In this document: piece by piece, positions 38,489 to 48,499 of the stretch | Position numbering within the stretch: position 1 is the first letter of the stretch | How the letters are laid out: each line of letters begins with the position of its first letter | Virus record (IMG/VR): IMGVR_UViG_3300032319_000846 | Coordinates: 64,001 to 128,000 of that record | Length of the DNA stretch: 64,000 nt | Strand: one strand, 5' to 3' | From: a virus | Lineage: Duplodnaviria > Caudoviricetes | Notes under the pieces: generated by a model | The model's database searches: none | Seen by the model: the letters and a program-made list of their open reading frames with translations, nothing else | What the model was told of the DNA's origin: nothing | Position numbers and translations under genes: made by a program

Positions 38489-39343
38489 TTATTTTTTATT
38501 TTTTATTAAATGTTGTAAATATTCATCAAACTTTTCTCTTTTTCTAGTCATAAAAAATTCTTCATGTTCTTCATATATTTTATTAAGAATAGGTACAATT
38601 CTTTTACCACAGACTCTAAAAACTCCAAAATTTTCAATTTTTTTGGATTTATTTATTTTGATGTTTTCTACATTAATTATAGAAGAACAAAAATCTTTAA
38701 AACTTTGACAAACATCAATTGTACCACAGACTTCTACACTAGAATAAGAATATTTTTCATTTTTAGGGTCAACTTTATAATTAATACTGCCATCTCCATC
38801 TATTACCCCTCTCCAAAAATGAGAATTGAATTTTAAATCTGGGTGTATTTTTAATGTTTTAGATTTTGCAGGGTACAACCCCCAACTTAACAAATCCTTA
38901 TATATTGTACTATTGCAAAAATTAAAATCATACATTACATTATTATAAGAATTATAACTTGTTTTTATTTTTATACCATTTAATATAAACATAGATAATT
39001 TTTCAAGTATTTCAAAATCATTAACTAATACTAATTTTACTTCGTTTTTATTTTTAACCAAACACCCATCAGAGTAAAGTAAACCTAAAGTATATGCTGA
39101 TTTTGTGTTTAGTGTTTTAAAAATGTTTTCGTTATAATCATATTTAATTTTAGAAAGTGTCATGTTACATCCACAACTAATATTAGGTTTATTTAATATA
39201 TTGTAAACTCTTGTAGACCCAACCTTACCACAATCACAAATATAATTAACATGTATATAAGATTTCTTTTCCTTCTTTTCTAAAGAAAGTATTGTTAATT
39301 TTCCAACTTTACTATTGATTAAATAATTATACTTATCAATCAT
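38489..39343 (-). mobile_element. Free-standing double-motif LAGLIDADG homing endonuclease (284 aa)
   Basis: AYTLGLLYSDG and HFWRGVIDGDG motifs; N-terminal KLTI...CDCG...SCGC domain. Confidence 0.85.
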
Positions 39344-39723
39344 TTTAGAAACTTTAGTTTGTATATTGTTGTATCTACTAATGTAATTAATGATTGCACT
39401 TCATTATCTATGTTTGCATAATTTGTAGGAAGAGAAGTTCTATAGGCTTCTAATACCCTTTTTAAATCTTCCAAAAAAGGAATAGGGGTATTATTTTCAA
39501 TAAAAGGTTCAGATTTATATCCTTTTAATATTCCTTCTTTTCCTTGCAGAGCTTCTGCTATACTATCTGCAAAATCTAATACTCCATTATAGAATTCATC
39601 CAAAGCTTTGTGAGCAGCGTAAGAATTAGTTTGTAAATGAAATATATGAACTTGTGTTCTTGTATGAAACAGTTTAGAAATAAGTTCTACACTTGTCAAC
39701 TGTTTACTTGGTTTTAGTTGCAT
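39340..39723 (-). CDS. Ferritin/Dps-like four-helix protein (DUF5856-type), 127 aa
   Basis: HIFHLQTNSYAAHKALDEFY.....DSIAEALQG and IDNEV.....YKLKFL signature. Confidence 0.75.
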   Translation of the reverse strand: MQLKPSKQLTSVELISKLFHTRTQVHIFHLQTNSYAAHKALDEFYNGVLDFADSIAEALQGKEGILKGYKSEPFIENNTPIPFLEDLKRVLEAYRTSLPTNYANIDNEVQSLITLVDTTIYKLKFLK

Positions 39724-39982
39724 TTCCTAAAAAGTTTTTTGTAAGAGCCATTAACATATCCTGTAGTTGATTTCTATACATATCATCTACAATAATAGGA
39801 TTGTATTGAATTCCTTCCTGAAAAGGAATAGCTACACCAGCAGCAAGAAGGTCTTTTAACACTCCCATTTTAGCAAGAAGCTTTTCTTCTTTTTTGGTGA
39901 ACATATCATATTCCAAATCTTCAGCAATAAAATCAAATTCTATTTCCGCAGTAGGTTCTTTTAAATTAATATTTTCTTGCAT
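39704..39982 (-). CDS. Hypothetical protein (92 aa)
   Basis: ORF track; coupled to its neighbours. Confidence 0.6.
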   Translation of the reverse strand: MQENINLKEPTAEIEFDFIAEDLEYDMFTKKEEKLLAKMGVLKDLLAAGVAIPFQEGIQYNPIIVDDMYRNQLQDMLMALTKNFLGNATKTK

Positions 39983-39983
39983 T

Positions 39984-41510
39984 TTATGTAAAAATTGGAA
40001 CGTTGTTTACAGTTTGATTAATTGGAAAGTATCTGCTTTGATTCATATATTCAGACATTTTCCTGTATTTCTTTGTGGTTTCAATATCAGAGAGATAATC
40101 ATTGGTAGTATCTAAAAACCCACTTACTCCCTGAGCTACTCTACTACCTTTATTTTTCATCCAACTGGAAACATTGTTGTAAATATCGGGAATTTTTTCT
40201 ACAAATCCAAAATCATATAGTTGATTATTTTCATCATTATTTGGAATAGAAACAGGGGGTTCATAATTCGTATAATTTTGAAATTGTAAATCCTCTCCTA
40301 ATAAACTTCCTTGATTTCGTTTTAATTCACCTTTTTCATTATAATATTGAGGATTATATGATTGTCCTCCTCCAAACTGTTTTTTTGCATAAGGTCTTAA
40401 AGCTTCATTATTAGCTTTAGCTCCTCCTTCAGAAATCCATTTATAAGTTTTTCTTAACTCAGGTTCTACAATTTTGTGAGTTCCATATTCATAACTATAT
40501 CCATCATTATAAATATCACTAAAAGGTCTTATAATATCAGAGAATATTCCTGCTCCACTATAATTTACATTTCCATCTACTGTATGTGCTATTTCAGGAA
40601 AAAATCCTGAATTGGGTTTTACATTAATAGTATTAGTAAGTAAATCATAATTAGCTCTTCCTTTTCCCATAAAGGGTTTTTCTAATTTACTAACAAGACT
40701 TTCACTTTCTTCTCCTAAAAATCCAATATTAGGATGTCCTGCTAAATCATACATTGTATTTTTAGCACTTATTTTATTTTTAATCTCTTCCTGATGTGTT
40801 GGAGTAAGATATTTATAATCTTCAAAATTATTAATTTCCCATCCCGGAGTAGTTGCTTTTAGTAAATCCTTTTGGATTGTTGTACTTTTAGAAGGTTCTA
40901 TAAAAGGTATTTTCTGTTCTTTGTTTACATAAGTAGAACCTCCATATTGTTTTATATAATCAGAAATACTAGAATTATATTCTTCAGGTTTATCTTTCAA
41001 TTTACCTGATAAATAATCTAACGCTCCTTGTTCTCCTCTAAAGTGATAAAGTTTTGCAAGTTGTTCATTAGACATATTTGTTCCTGTTTTTCTTTTGATT
41101 CTATCAACAGCAGGAAGCATTTTGTTTGGAACATAATAATCATTATAGAAAGCATCCTGAGCTTGAGGATTGTTTAAAAACTCCTGTTTAGAAGAAACAC
41201 CTGTAACATTTTTTATTTCTTTTCCCCAAGTATCCCAAAGAAATTGATATTTACCAGCAGCAGAAGAATTAGGATTTGTAGCTTTATAATTACCTCCTGA
41301 TTCTTTTCTTACAATATCATCTGTGAAAGAATTTCCTCCTTGATATGTAGGTGCAGAAATATAGGAAGAATCTTCTATTTCTTCTTCTTCATCTGAATTA
41401 AAACCAAAATCTTCCTCTGGTTCTTCCATAGCTATATCAAGAGAATCATCCCATCCATCATCCTCCCAATCTGCATCTTCTTCATTTTCTAATTCATCCC
41501 AAAAACTCAT
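39984..41510 (-). CDS. Modular cargo protein with a lysozyme-like/lytic transglycosylase domain and an EIAH module (508 aa)
   Basis: Acidic N-terminus; IVRKESGGNYKATNPNSSAAGKYQFLWDTW...NPQAQD (catalytic Glu-Ser of the lysozyme-like fold); YQGG, KQYGG and KQFGG linkers. Confidence 0.75.
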   Translation of the reverse strand: MSFWDELENEEDADWEDDGWDDSLDIAMEEPEEDFGFNSDEEEEIEDSSYISAPTYQGGNSFTDDIVRKESGGNYKATNPNSSAAGKYQFLWDTWGKEIKNVTGVSSKQEFLNNPQAQDAFYNDYYVPNKMLPAVDRIKRKTGTNMSNEQLAKLYHFRGEQGALDYLSGKLKDKPEEYNSSISDYIKQYGGSTYVNKEQKIPFIEPSKSTTIQKDLLKATTPGWEINNFEDYKYLTPTHQEEIKNKISAKNTMYDLAGHPNIGFLGEESESLVSKLEKPFMGKGRANYDLLTNTINVKPNSGFFPEIAHTVDGNVNYSGAGIFSDIIRPFSDIYNDGYSYEYGTHKIVEPELRKTYKWISEGGAKANNEALRPYAKKQFGGGQSYNPQYYNEKGELKRNQGSLLGEDLQFQNYTNYEPPVSIPNNDENNQLYDFGFVEKIPDIYNNVSSWMKNKGSRVAQGVSGFLDTTNDYLSDIETTKKYRKMSEYMNQSRYFPINQTVNNVPIFT

Positions 41511-44500
41511 GTTGTTTCTATTTTTAATCCTTTAAATATAATCTTTTTATTTGAAACTTCATCATTAATAAGTCTCACTTCTAATTCCTGTCCTTCAATA
41601 TATTTGTTACTTATTTTATTATCTAATGTGTTTACAGCAGCTAAATTTACGAATTTCTCTACATTATTACAGGAACTAATCCAAATTGGTAGATTATTCT
41701 CATCATTCTTAGCTTTATTAAGTATATCATTAAACTGATAACCATTCTTATATTTATTAACAAGAATCTCTGTTCCTTTTAAAGTGGGTTTGGGGTATTC
41801 TAAGAATTGATGTAATAGAGTTTTATCGTTGGGTTTTAGAAATAACAACCCTGTAGTTTGGTAACGATTACTTACTACAGCTTTATTAAACCCTTTATCT
41901 TTTACATAAGTTTTATCAAACTCTCTATGAAACCTCACTACATCAAGATAATATTCCACAGCAATTACCTTTTTATTTTGAATAGAAGGAGAAGCTCTTA
42001 CATCTACAATAAATGGATGCAGTTTTCCATAATACACCTGATAAGATTTGTTGGTAAGATTGTGAGTCCACACACTTGAAGCTCCCATTCCATTTCCATT
42101 TAATCCACTCATCCACCAGTTTTGATTTGCTATATAGAAGTTTGGTGTAAAAGAGTGCATACTTACCCAACTTTGTGTATAGAAATTATAACTTGTAGTC
42201 CATGATTTATTGCAGAAATATTCTTTATCTTGTAAATACACTTCTACATTTTCTACATAAAATTTACCACTTGAATATCTTATTAAAGAGTTTAGAGGTT
42301 GGTAATCTAGTTTAGTAAGAAACAATCTGTTAAACCTACTATCGTAATGCAATAATATTCCAATTCCTAGATAGGAGTTATCTGTAGGAACACCTTCTAT
42401 ATATTTACTAATTGTAAATGGTAGATTTTGTTTAAACCAATTTTTCCTTCCTTTATTAGAGATTTCACTTGGAGATGTACCATTCATATTGAATTGAAAC
42501 ACCTGTCCTCTTTTAGCATCTACTGAAACATGTCCAAATGGTGTAGAAACAAAAGCTTCATGTTGTGTTCCCAAATATCCTAAATCTGTTATTGCATAAT
42601 CCATTGGTCTTGATTTAAATAAATCTCCATTAGATATTGCAATAGTGTTTACATCTGTATTTATAGTTTGATAAGCACTAAATAATTTACTGCCATTTTC
42701 AAATCTTACAAGTATTTTTTCATTTTCAATTGCATTAATTGCAATTAATTTTCCATTTTTTAATCCAAAATCAAAATAATCTAAAGCTTTAAAATTTAAG
42801 TAACTATCTTTTAAATCATTATCTTCTATTTCTGCTCCTTGTTGAGAAAATATAACTCTGTTAGGTCTTTCTATTTTACAATCTTCATAAGGAGAAAAGT
42901 TAATGTCGTTAATACCAATTAGCTGCTCCTTATTCTGCTTTGAGTAATCTCTATTATAACTATAATAATTATTCTCTTTTGAAGATACATATTTTTCCTG
43001 TAACCATGTATTTAGATTAGATTGAGCAGGATAGAATGCTTTTTGTAAATCATCTTCTTGATGTCTTAAATCTAAATTAACAGAAGATTCACATAAGAAA
43101 TAAGGAATACCATAAGAATATAAATACATTTTCCCATCTACAGGGGATAGATTAAACCATGTAGAATTACTTCCGGGAAGTAAATTACCAAAACTATCTC
43201 CAAAACAATCTAATAAATATCTTGGAGGTCTTATAAAATTATAAGGAGAAAGTAAGCTACCCCTAAAGAATCCTCCAATATCTGCTAAGTATGCTGCTAA
43301 TTGTACATTAGGTTGTAACCATTTTTTATAAGTAAATAAAGGAATACCAATTGCAGGAATTAATAACAATAAAGGATTGGGTTCATCTCTTGGAACATTT
43401 ACAACATTGTTAATTATATTATCAGGAACTTCTCCAGTATATAAAGCATTTATCACCATCTTCATCAATGGATTATCATCAACATTTGTAAAGTTTACCA
43501 AACTATCATCGTTCCATCTTGTATTAAAAAAGAATGTAGGATGTGCTATGTTTGGATAATCTTCATAAAATATTTCTGTACCATCAGCTAATTTAAAAGC
43601 TGTACGAGAGAAGAAAGAATGTTTTCTCTTCAAGCTCATTCTTCCAATAAATGTATCTCCTCCAAATGTAATGATATTGCTATTTAGTGACGCAATCTCA
43701 TCAGATGTAGGAAACCATTGAATTGAGAATACATTACCATATTGATTTAGAATATTTCTTTTTATAGCTCCATAATAAGAGCTTACAGTAGAAACTACTT
43801 CTTCATTAGCTTGGAGACTACATCCTTTAGAGGAAGTTCTTACAGTGAAACGAGAGGTGTCCTGAACAGATGTAATAGAAACATCTTGTTTTAATTCTAA
43901 ATAAACACTTGATTCTCTATCTTGATTATTAAAGAATGTCGTTGTATTTGTTGAGGAAATAGTTTGTTTAGAAGGAGTTAAATACCCTGATGTAAGAATC
44001 TCTCTTTGTTTATTTCCGTTATTAGGAACCACTTTAGAATTACTGTATTTACCTACAGCCTGATATTGCCAAGCATAGTTCTTCCCTTTAGCGAGAAGTG
44101 TAAATAATTGAAGAATTTTTTCACATTGAGAAAGAATTACATTTGCTCTCCAAAAATCTTCCAAGTCGTTATTTTTAGAAATAGCTCCTCCAACAAGTCC
44201 TCCTAATATTCCTCCTAATCCACTTCCTATAGATGTACCAATTCCCGGAGCAATAGCAGTTCCTATAGCACCCCCCACTATACCACCTATTCCCTGTCCC
44301 ATATTAGAAGCTTGACCACTTCCATCATCAAACTCTACAGCTTCTCCTAAGATTGTACCTAAGATGATAGCAAGGTTGTAATGAGCTTGAGATAAAAGTT
44401 TATACTCTGCTTGGTCTTCACATTGATTAAAAAATCCTTTAGCTGTTCCGTATTCTTCTGATTCTAATTTAAGAATGTTTCCTAATGAAGGAGAGTTAAA

Positions 44501-46489
44501 AGATGTTTCAGGAGAATGAAATGTGTATTTTCTATTAGGAGTGTATTTTTGAAATACATTATCAGGATTAAATAGTAAATCAAATACTGTTTGAGCATCA
44601 GCTTTTCTTTTCATTAAGAAGTTATCTCTTCTTAAATCATTAAAGGGGTAGTTGGGATAAGTGTATGTTTCTTTTTCATCTTGAAAATCAAATGTATTAT
44701 AAAGAAGTCCTTTTGCTTCCACACTTTCATTTCCAAATCGGTTTCCTCTTACAATTCTCCACCCTATAATAGAATTACGTGTTTCTTCATCTATCAATCC
44801 TTCTGTTAAAGCTTCATCTAATATGCTGTTTATATTAACATCAAGCTTTACACCTAAAGGAAAAATAAAATTCTTTTCATCAAACCCTACAGAAACATCT
44901 GTGTTTCCATTGTGAAAATTAGTGATTAATGCATCAGGAAATTTATGATGTCTAATTGGTTTACCACAAAGTTCTCCCCATATTTCAGGATTGTTTGGAT
45001 ATAAATCAGTAGATTCCCAATAAGCAAATTCACCTTCTTCATAAATAGAGGGATTACACTCGTCATAAATTAAAGGGTGGGTGATGGTTTTTGAAGCTGT
45101 GTTATATACTTGCCATCTTTTCTTTTGAGTAATGTTGCAATTTTCTCCATCTTCTACTATATCCTGTATATTAGGGGTATTTATTACATATGCATTATCA
45201 AATGAAGTAGAAGTTCTTGCAGGAATAACTCCTGTAGGTGTATACTCTCCTCTATCAAAAATCAACTGTATTCCAAAAGGGTACACTTCATCTCTCAAAT
45301 AAGCTCTATATTTTTGAGCTATTTCAGGAATAGCAAAATCTCCTTCTTTTAAAGCAACACTCACCCATTTTAGTTTTCCAGATAATTTATTAGCAATTCT
45401 TTGTATATTTATTTTAGTAAATTCAGTGAGATTTGATTTGAATAAAATGTTGTTTGCTATAGCAATGTCTTCACTAAATTTGTAATAAGGATATTGAGCA
45501 AATACATCGGATTCTGTTAAAATAATAGTTTTTTCATTACCTGTGTAGATGTATTCTTTTACACTTGTAGGAAGTGTTGCTGCTAATTTATATGTAGTAA
45601 ATCCACTAATAGTTTCAGCTATCACTAAATTTAAATATTGATATTTAGCATTTGCTTTTTCTATTTTAATTTTGAGGGCTTTTGTTGTAAGATAATCTGT
45701 AGCAACAGTTGTTATCTTTGTCTTAATAGAAAAAGGGTTGGAAGCAGATAGGTAGTTGCTAAGAGCTATTCCTTTACTTGTAGAATAAGCAAACAACACT
45801 TGATATACACCAGCTTTTAAATTTCCTCCATTAACAGCGTTTATTTTGCTTGTAGGAACACTTAGAGTTGGATACCAATTAGTTTTACTTACATCTAATT
45901 CATTAATGTAGAGAGGATTTAAACACTCATCTAGTCCTTGCTGTATTTTAAAATTATCGTTTAGACTTAATTTGTCATTTGTAATATCAAAATATAAATA
46001 TCTATCAGGATTTAACTTATCATTAAAATACAAATTGAGAGTACAATCAGTTCTCTTGTATTCAATTTTAACAGGATGGGTAATTTTCCACTCAAAAACT
46101 CCTTCTGTAAGAATAACAGTGTTACTTATTGGGACTAAAGGTTTTTGTTCTAATGGGATGTCTTCCACATATACATCTGCAAAACTATGATTTTGAGAAT
46201 AATCTGTATAAGAAATCGGGAGAATTTCTCTTATTCTATTTACATTTCCTTCTATTGTAAATAAAAGAATTTTATTTAATTCAACAATAAGTTTTTTACC
46301 AATAACATTCTCTTTCTCATTTAATACAACAGTGAGAATATTACTTCCATCATTTCCTATGAAAAAGTTTTCTCCTGTAAAATCTTCTATATTAGCATTT
46401 AAACAAAAAGAATAAGTGTTTGATTCCTTATTCATTTCGTGCATATCAGTATTTAATCCTTTGATTGGTATAGAGAATTCTGGTGTCAT
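41507..46489 (-). CDS. Tail stabilization / muzzle protein (P22 gp10-like), 1660 aa
   Basis: KGLNTD N-terminus, YLRDEVYPFGI, IRHHKFPD, FGGDTFI and W.S.HSFTP motifs, and position after the tail tubular gene, as in crAss-like phages. Confidence 0.8.
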   Translation of the reverse strand: MTPEFSIPIKGLNTDMHEMNKESNTYSFCLNANIEDFTGENFFIGNDGSNILTVVLNEKENVIGKKLIVELNKILLFTIEGNVNRIREILPISYTDYSQNHSFADVYVEDIPLEQKPLVPISNTVILTEGVFEWKITHPVKIEYKRTDCTLNLYFNDKLNPDRYLYFDITNDKLSLNDNFKIQQGLDECLNPLYINELDVSKTNWYPTLSVPTSKINAVNGGNLKAGVYQVLFAYSTSKGIALSNYLSASNPFSIKTKITTVATDYLTTKALKIKIEKANAKYQYLNLVIAETISGFTTYKLAATLPTSVKEYIYTGNEKTIILTESDVFAQYPYYKFSEDIAIANNILFKSNLTEFTKINIQRIANKLSGKLKWVSVALKEGDFAIPEIAQKYRAYLRDEVYPFGIQLIFDRGEYTPTGVIPARTSTSFDNAYVINTPNIQDIVEDGENCNITQKKRWQVYNTASKTITHPLIYDECNPSIYEEGEFAYWESTDLYPNNPEIWGELCGKPIRHHKFPDALITNFHNGNTDVSVGFDEKNFIFPLGVKLDVNINSILDEALTEGLIDEETRNSIIGWRIVRGNRFGNESVEAKGLLYNTFDFQDEKETYTYPNYPFNDLRRDNFLMKRKADAQTVFDLLFNPDNVFQKYTPNRKYTFHSPETSFNSPSLGNILKLESEEYGTAKGFFNQCEDQAEYKLLSQAHYNLAIILGTILGEAVEFDDGSGQASNMGQGIGGIVGGAIGTAIAPGIGTSIGSGLGGILGGLVGGAISKNNDLEDFWRANVILSQCEKILQLFTLLAKGKNYAWQYQAVGKYSNSKVVPNNGNKQREILTSGYLTPSKQTISSTNTTTFFNNQDRESSVYLELKQDVSITSVQDTSRFTVRTSSKGCSLQANEEVVSTVSSYYGAIKRNILNQYGNVFSIQWFPTSDEIASLNSNIITFGGDTFIGRMSLKRKHSFFSRTAFKLADGTEIFYEDYPNIAHPTFFFNTRWNDDSLVNFTNVDDNPLMKMVINALYTGEVPDNIINNVVNVPRDEPNPLLLLIPAIGIPLFTYKKWLQPNVQLAAYLADIGGFFRGSLLSPYNFIRPPRYLLDCFGDSFGNLLPGSNSTWFNLSPVDGKMYLYSYGIPYFLCESSVNLDLRHQEDDLQKAFYPAQSNLNTWLQEKYVSSKENNYYSYNRDYSKQNKEQLIGINDINFSPYEDCKIERPNRVIFSQQGAEIEDNDLKDSYLNFKALDYFDFGLKNGKLIAINAIENEKILVRFENGSKLFSAYQTINTDVNTIAISNGDLFKSRPMDYAITDLGYLGTQHEAFVSTPFGHVSVDAKRGQVFQFNMNGTSPSEISNKGRKNWFKQNLPFTISKYIEGVPTDNSYLGIGILLHYDSRFNRLFLTKLDYQPLNSLIRYSSGKFYVENVEVYLQDKEYFCNKSWTTSYNFYTQSWVSMHSFTPNFYIANQNWWMSGLNGNGMGASSVWTHNLTNKSYQVYYGKLHPFIVDVRASPSIQNKKVIAVEYYLDVVRFHREFDKTYVKDKGFNKAVVSNRYQTTGLLFLKPNDKTLLHQFLEYPKPTLKGTEILVNKYKNGYQFNDILNKAKNDENNLPIWISSCNNVEKFVNLAAVNTLDNKISNKYIEGQELEVRLINDEVSNKKIIFKGLKIETT

Positions 46490-47397
46490 TGTATCTTATT
46501 ATATCTTCTTTGTACAGGATAAAACCATCCTATACCATGAACAGGTCTTGATTCAGGTAGGAGAAATTTACTGTATTTTCTATGTGTTTTATAAGCCATT
46601 TTTATCATAGAAGCATAAGTAGGGAGATTTACATAATCAGAAGCTTCTCTAAATCTTTTTAAATAATTTCCTTCAGCATCTCTATAAATTCTTTCTACAT
46701 CTCCTACATTGTTATACCACATTTTTTGCATCACTCTGTAGATGATGTAAGTTTCCACAGCATCCTCTACGTGAGGAATTATAGGAACCATAGGAAGACC
46801 ATCTTCATCTTTTTCTAAAGCATAATATTGTAACAAAATATTTCCTTCTTTAAAATTACAATATATTTCATCATTTTTTAAAGAAAAGTGATTTTCGTGT
46901 TTAGAATATAAATTTGGACAATCTTTTGAAAGGAGTTCTTTATTTACATTTCTTGCACTCATCAATTGTACATCACACCAATCATCTTCATAATTTAAAG
47001 TGTTATCTTGAAAATAAACATTTCTCCTCACTATATTTTCTTCTGTAGGAGTAATAACTGTTTTACAATCTACTACACCTTTATGATAAGTAATGTCATG
47101 CTGATAGAAGCTGTAACTTGATTGCAATTCTTTTCTTCCTTCTGTATTAGAAGTTGAGTTACACCTACTGCATCTCCATAAACTCCAGAGCATATAAAAA
47201 TCATCAGGAACAATTGCTTTGTTGTTTCTTACTTCAAGGATAATTTCTTTTTCTGTAAAAGAAGGAATATTTAATCTTACTAATACGTTTTTAGTCCAAT
47301 CATAATAATCTCCTTCATCCAAGAGTCCTGCATTACCATAAGAAAAAAGCAAAGAGTTTACCTTTGCATACACTTTATCGCTTGATGTAAAATTCAT
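46486..47397 (-). CDS. Tail tubular / ring protein (303 aa)
   Basis: NFKEG.I.L.YY....DEDGLPMVP...A...YI motif; synteny. Confidence 0.7.
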   Translation of the reverse strand: MNFTSSDKVYAKVNSLLFSYGNAGLLDEGDYYDWTKNVLVRLNIPSFTEKEIILEVRNNKAIVPDDFYMLWSLWRCSRCNSTSNTEGRKELQSSYSFYQHDITYHKGVVDCKTVITPTEENIVRRNVYFQDNTLNYEDDWCDVQLMSARNVNKELLSKDCPNLYSKHENHFSLKNDEIYCNFKEGNILLQYYALEKDEDGLPMVPIIPHVEDAVETYIIYRVMQKMWYNNVGDVERIYRDAEGNYLKRFREASDYVNLPTYASMIKMAYKTHRKYSKFLLPESRPVHGIGWFYPVQRRYNKIQ

Positions 47398-47834
47398 TAT
47401 TCAATTGTATAATAATCGTGATATTTCTTTGTTTCCAGAAAATTAGCTTCTCCTTCCATAATCTTATTATAAAGAGGCTTTTTTAGTGTATCTCTGTTTG
47501 CTTTGAATTTATGTAAATAAGGATATTTGAGAAAACTTCTTTCTTTATGCTTTATTCCATATACCCATCCATAAGAATGTAAGTTGAAAACTTTTACAGC
47601 TTGTTTATTAGGATTAGTTGCTGAATACACTTGACATACTCTAGGTAGAGATTTTAATATAATTAACTTTCCTAAATTAAAAGGAAGGGTAAATCCAGAT
47701 TCATTTTCTAAAATTTCTTCAGCAATTAATTTGTTGCATTTAATTAATATTTCTTTAAATGCTTTATAATCTAACTTATTTGCTAACCCACTTCTTTTAT
47801 AAAAATCTTTATTTATAGACCTATATATTTTCAT
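47397..47834 (-). CDS. IHF/HU-like protein conserved in the crAss-like tail module (145 aa)
   Basis: I.EEIL.....FTLPFNLGKL.I and N.HS.G motifs; located between two ring genes. Confidence 0.6.
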   Translation of the reverse strand: MKIYRSINKDFYKRSGLANKLDYKAFKEILIKCNKLIAEEILENESGFTLPFNLGKLIILKSLPRVCQVYSATNPNKQAVKVFNLHSYGWVYGIKHKERSFLKYPYLHKFKANRDTLKKPLYNKIMEGEANFLETKKYHDYYTIE

Positions 47835-48499
47835 TGTTTGCTATTACTATTTAAATTACTGTTTTCATCTTTAGGAATTTTTCTTTCCACAAATAAATCT
47901 TCGGTGGAAAGTTTTAATATGTCAGCAGTAAGATAATCAGGAACATTCCACATTCCATCTAAGTAAGTTTTGCATGTCGAACTTCTTTTTACTGGAGTTG
48001 TATAATTTTTAAAATATCCTTTCACTTTTACAGCTTCAATATCTTCATTTGCAATTACTAAATACCCATCTTCTATCCAAAAATATTTATTAGCTCTTTT
48101 TACAAACTCTCGGTTTAAACTTTGAGAATATACATAACTTGTAGTCGGATGAAATTGTGTGGATTCATCAACACTAGTCACTTGTATTAAGGGAAGGGAA
48201 AAATTAGAGATGAAAAAATCAGGAAGTTTATTAACACTCTTTTTTAATATTCTGCATTTAGGAACAACAATTCCTAAGCAATTACAACTACTATCAATTT
48301 CTTCTAATTCAATACAATCAGGAAGTACAATCATTGTAGAGTTTGAAAACAGTTTTCTACTCTCACTATCTCTTCTTATAAGAAGTGCAGCGAAATTCAA
48401 TAACGTTGTAAGAATTGTGTGATTACTTATTCTATCGTCTAATCTATTCCCACCAAGTTTATTTCTTACCTGACTGATTATATGTCTATTTGAGAGCAT
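47831..48499 (-). CDS. Ring (head-tail adaptor) protein (222 aa)
   Basis: DDRIS, C.ILKKS..KLP, Y.WI.DGYL and IPKD..N motifs; synteny. Confidence 0.6.
   Translation of the reverse strand: MLSNRHIISQVRNKLGGNRLDDRISNHTILTTLLNFAALLIRRDSESRKLFSNSTMIVLPDCIELEEIDSSCNCLGIVVPKCRILKKSVNKLPDFFISNFSLPLIQVTSVDESTQFHPTTSYVYSQSLNREFVKRANKYFWIEDGYLVIANEDIEAVKVKGYFKNYTTPVKRSSTCKTYLDGMWNVPDYLTADILKLSTEDLFVERKIPKDENSNLNSNSKQ

Noticed and set aside
38380-39400. Group I intron housing the LAGLIDADG gene
   Set aside because: The ORF abuts intact genes on both sides, leaving no room for a ribozyme core, and no split host gene is evident.
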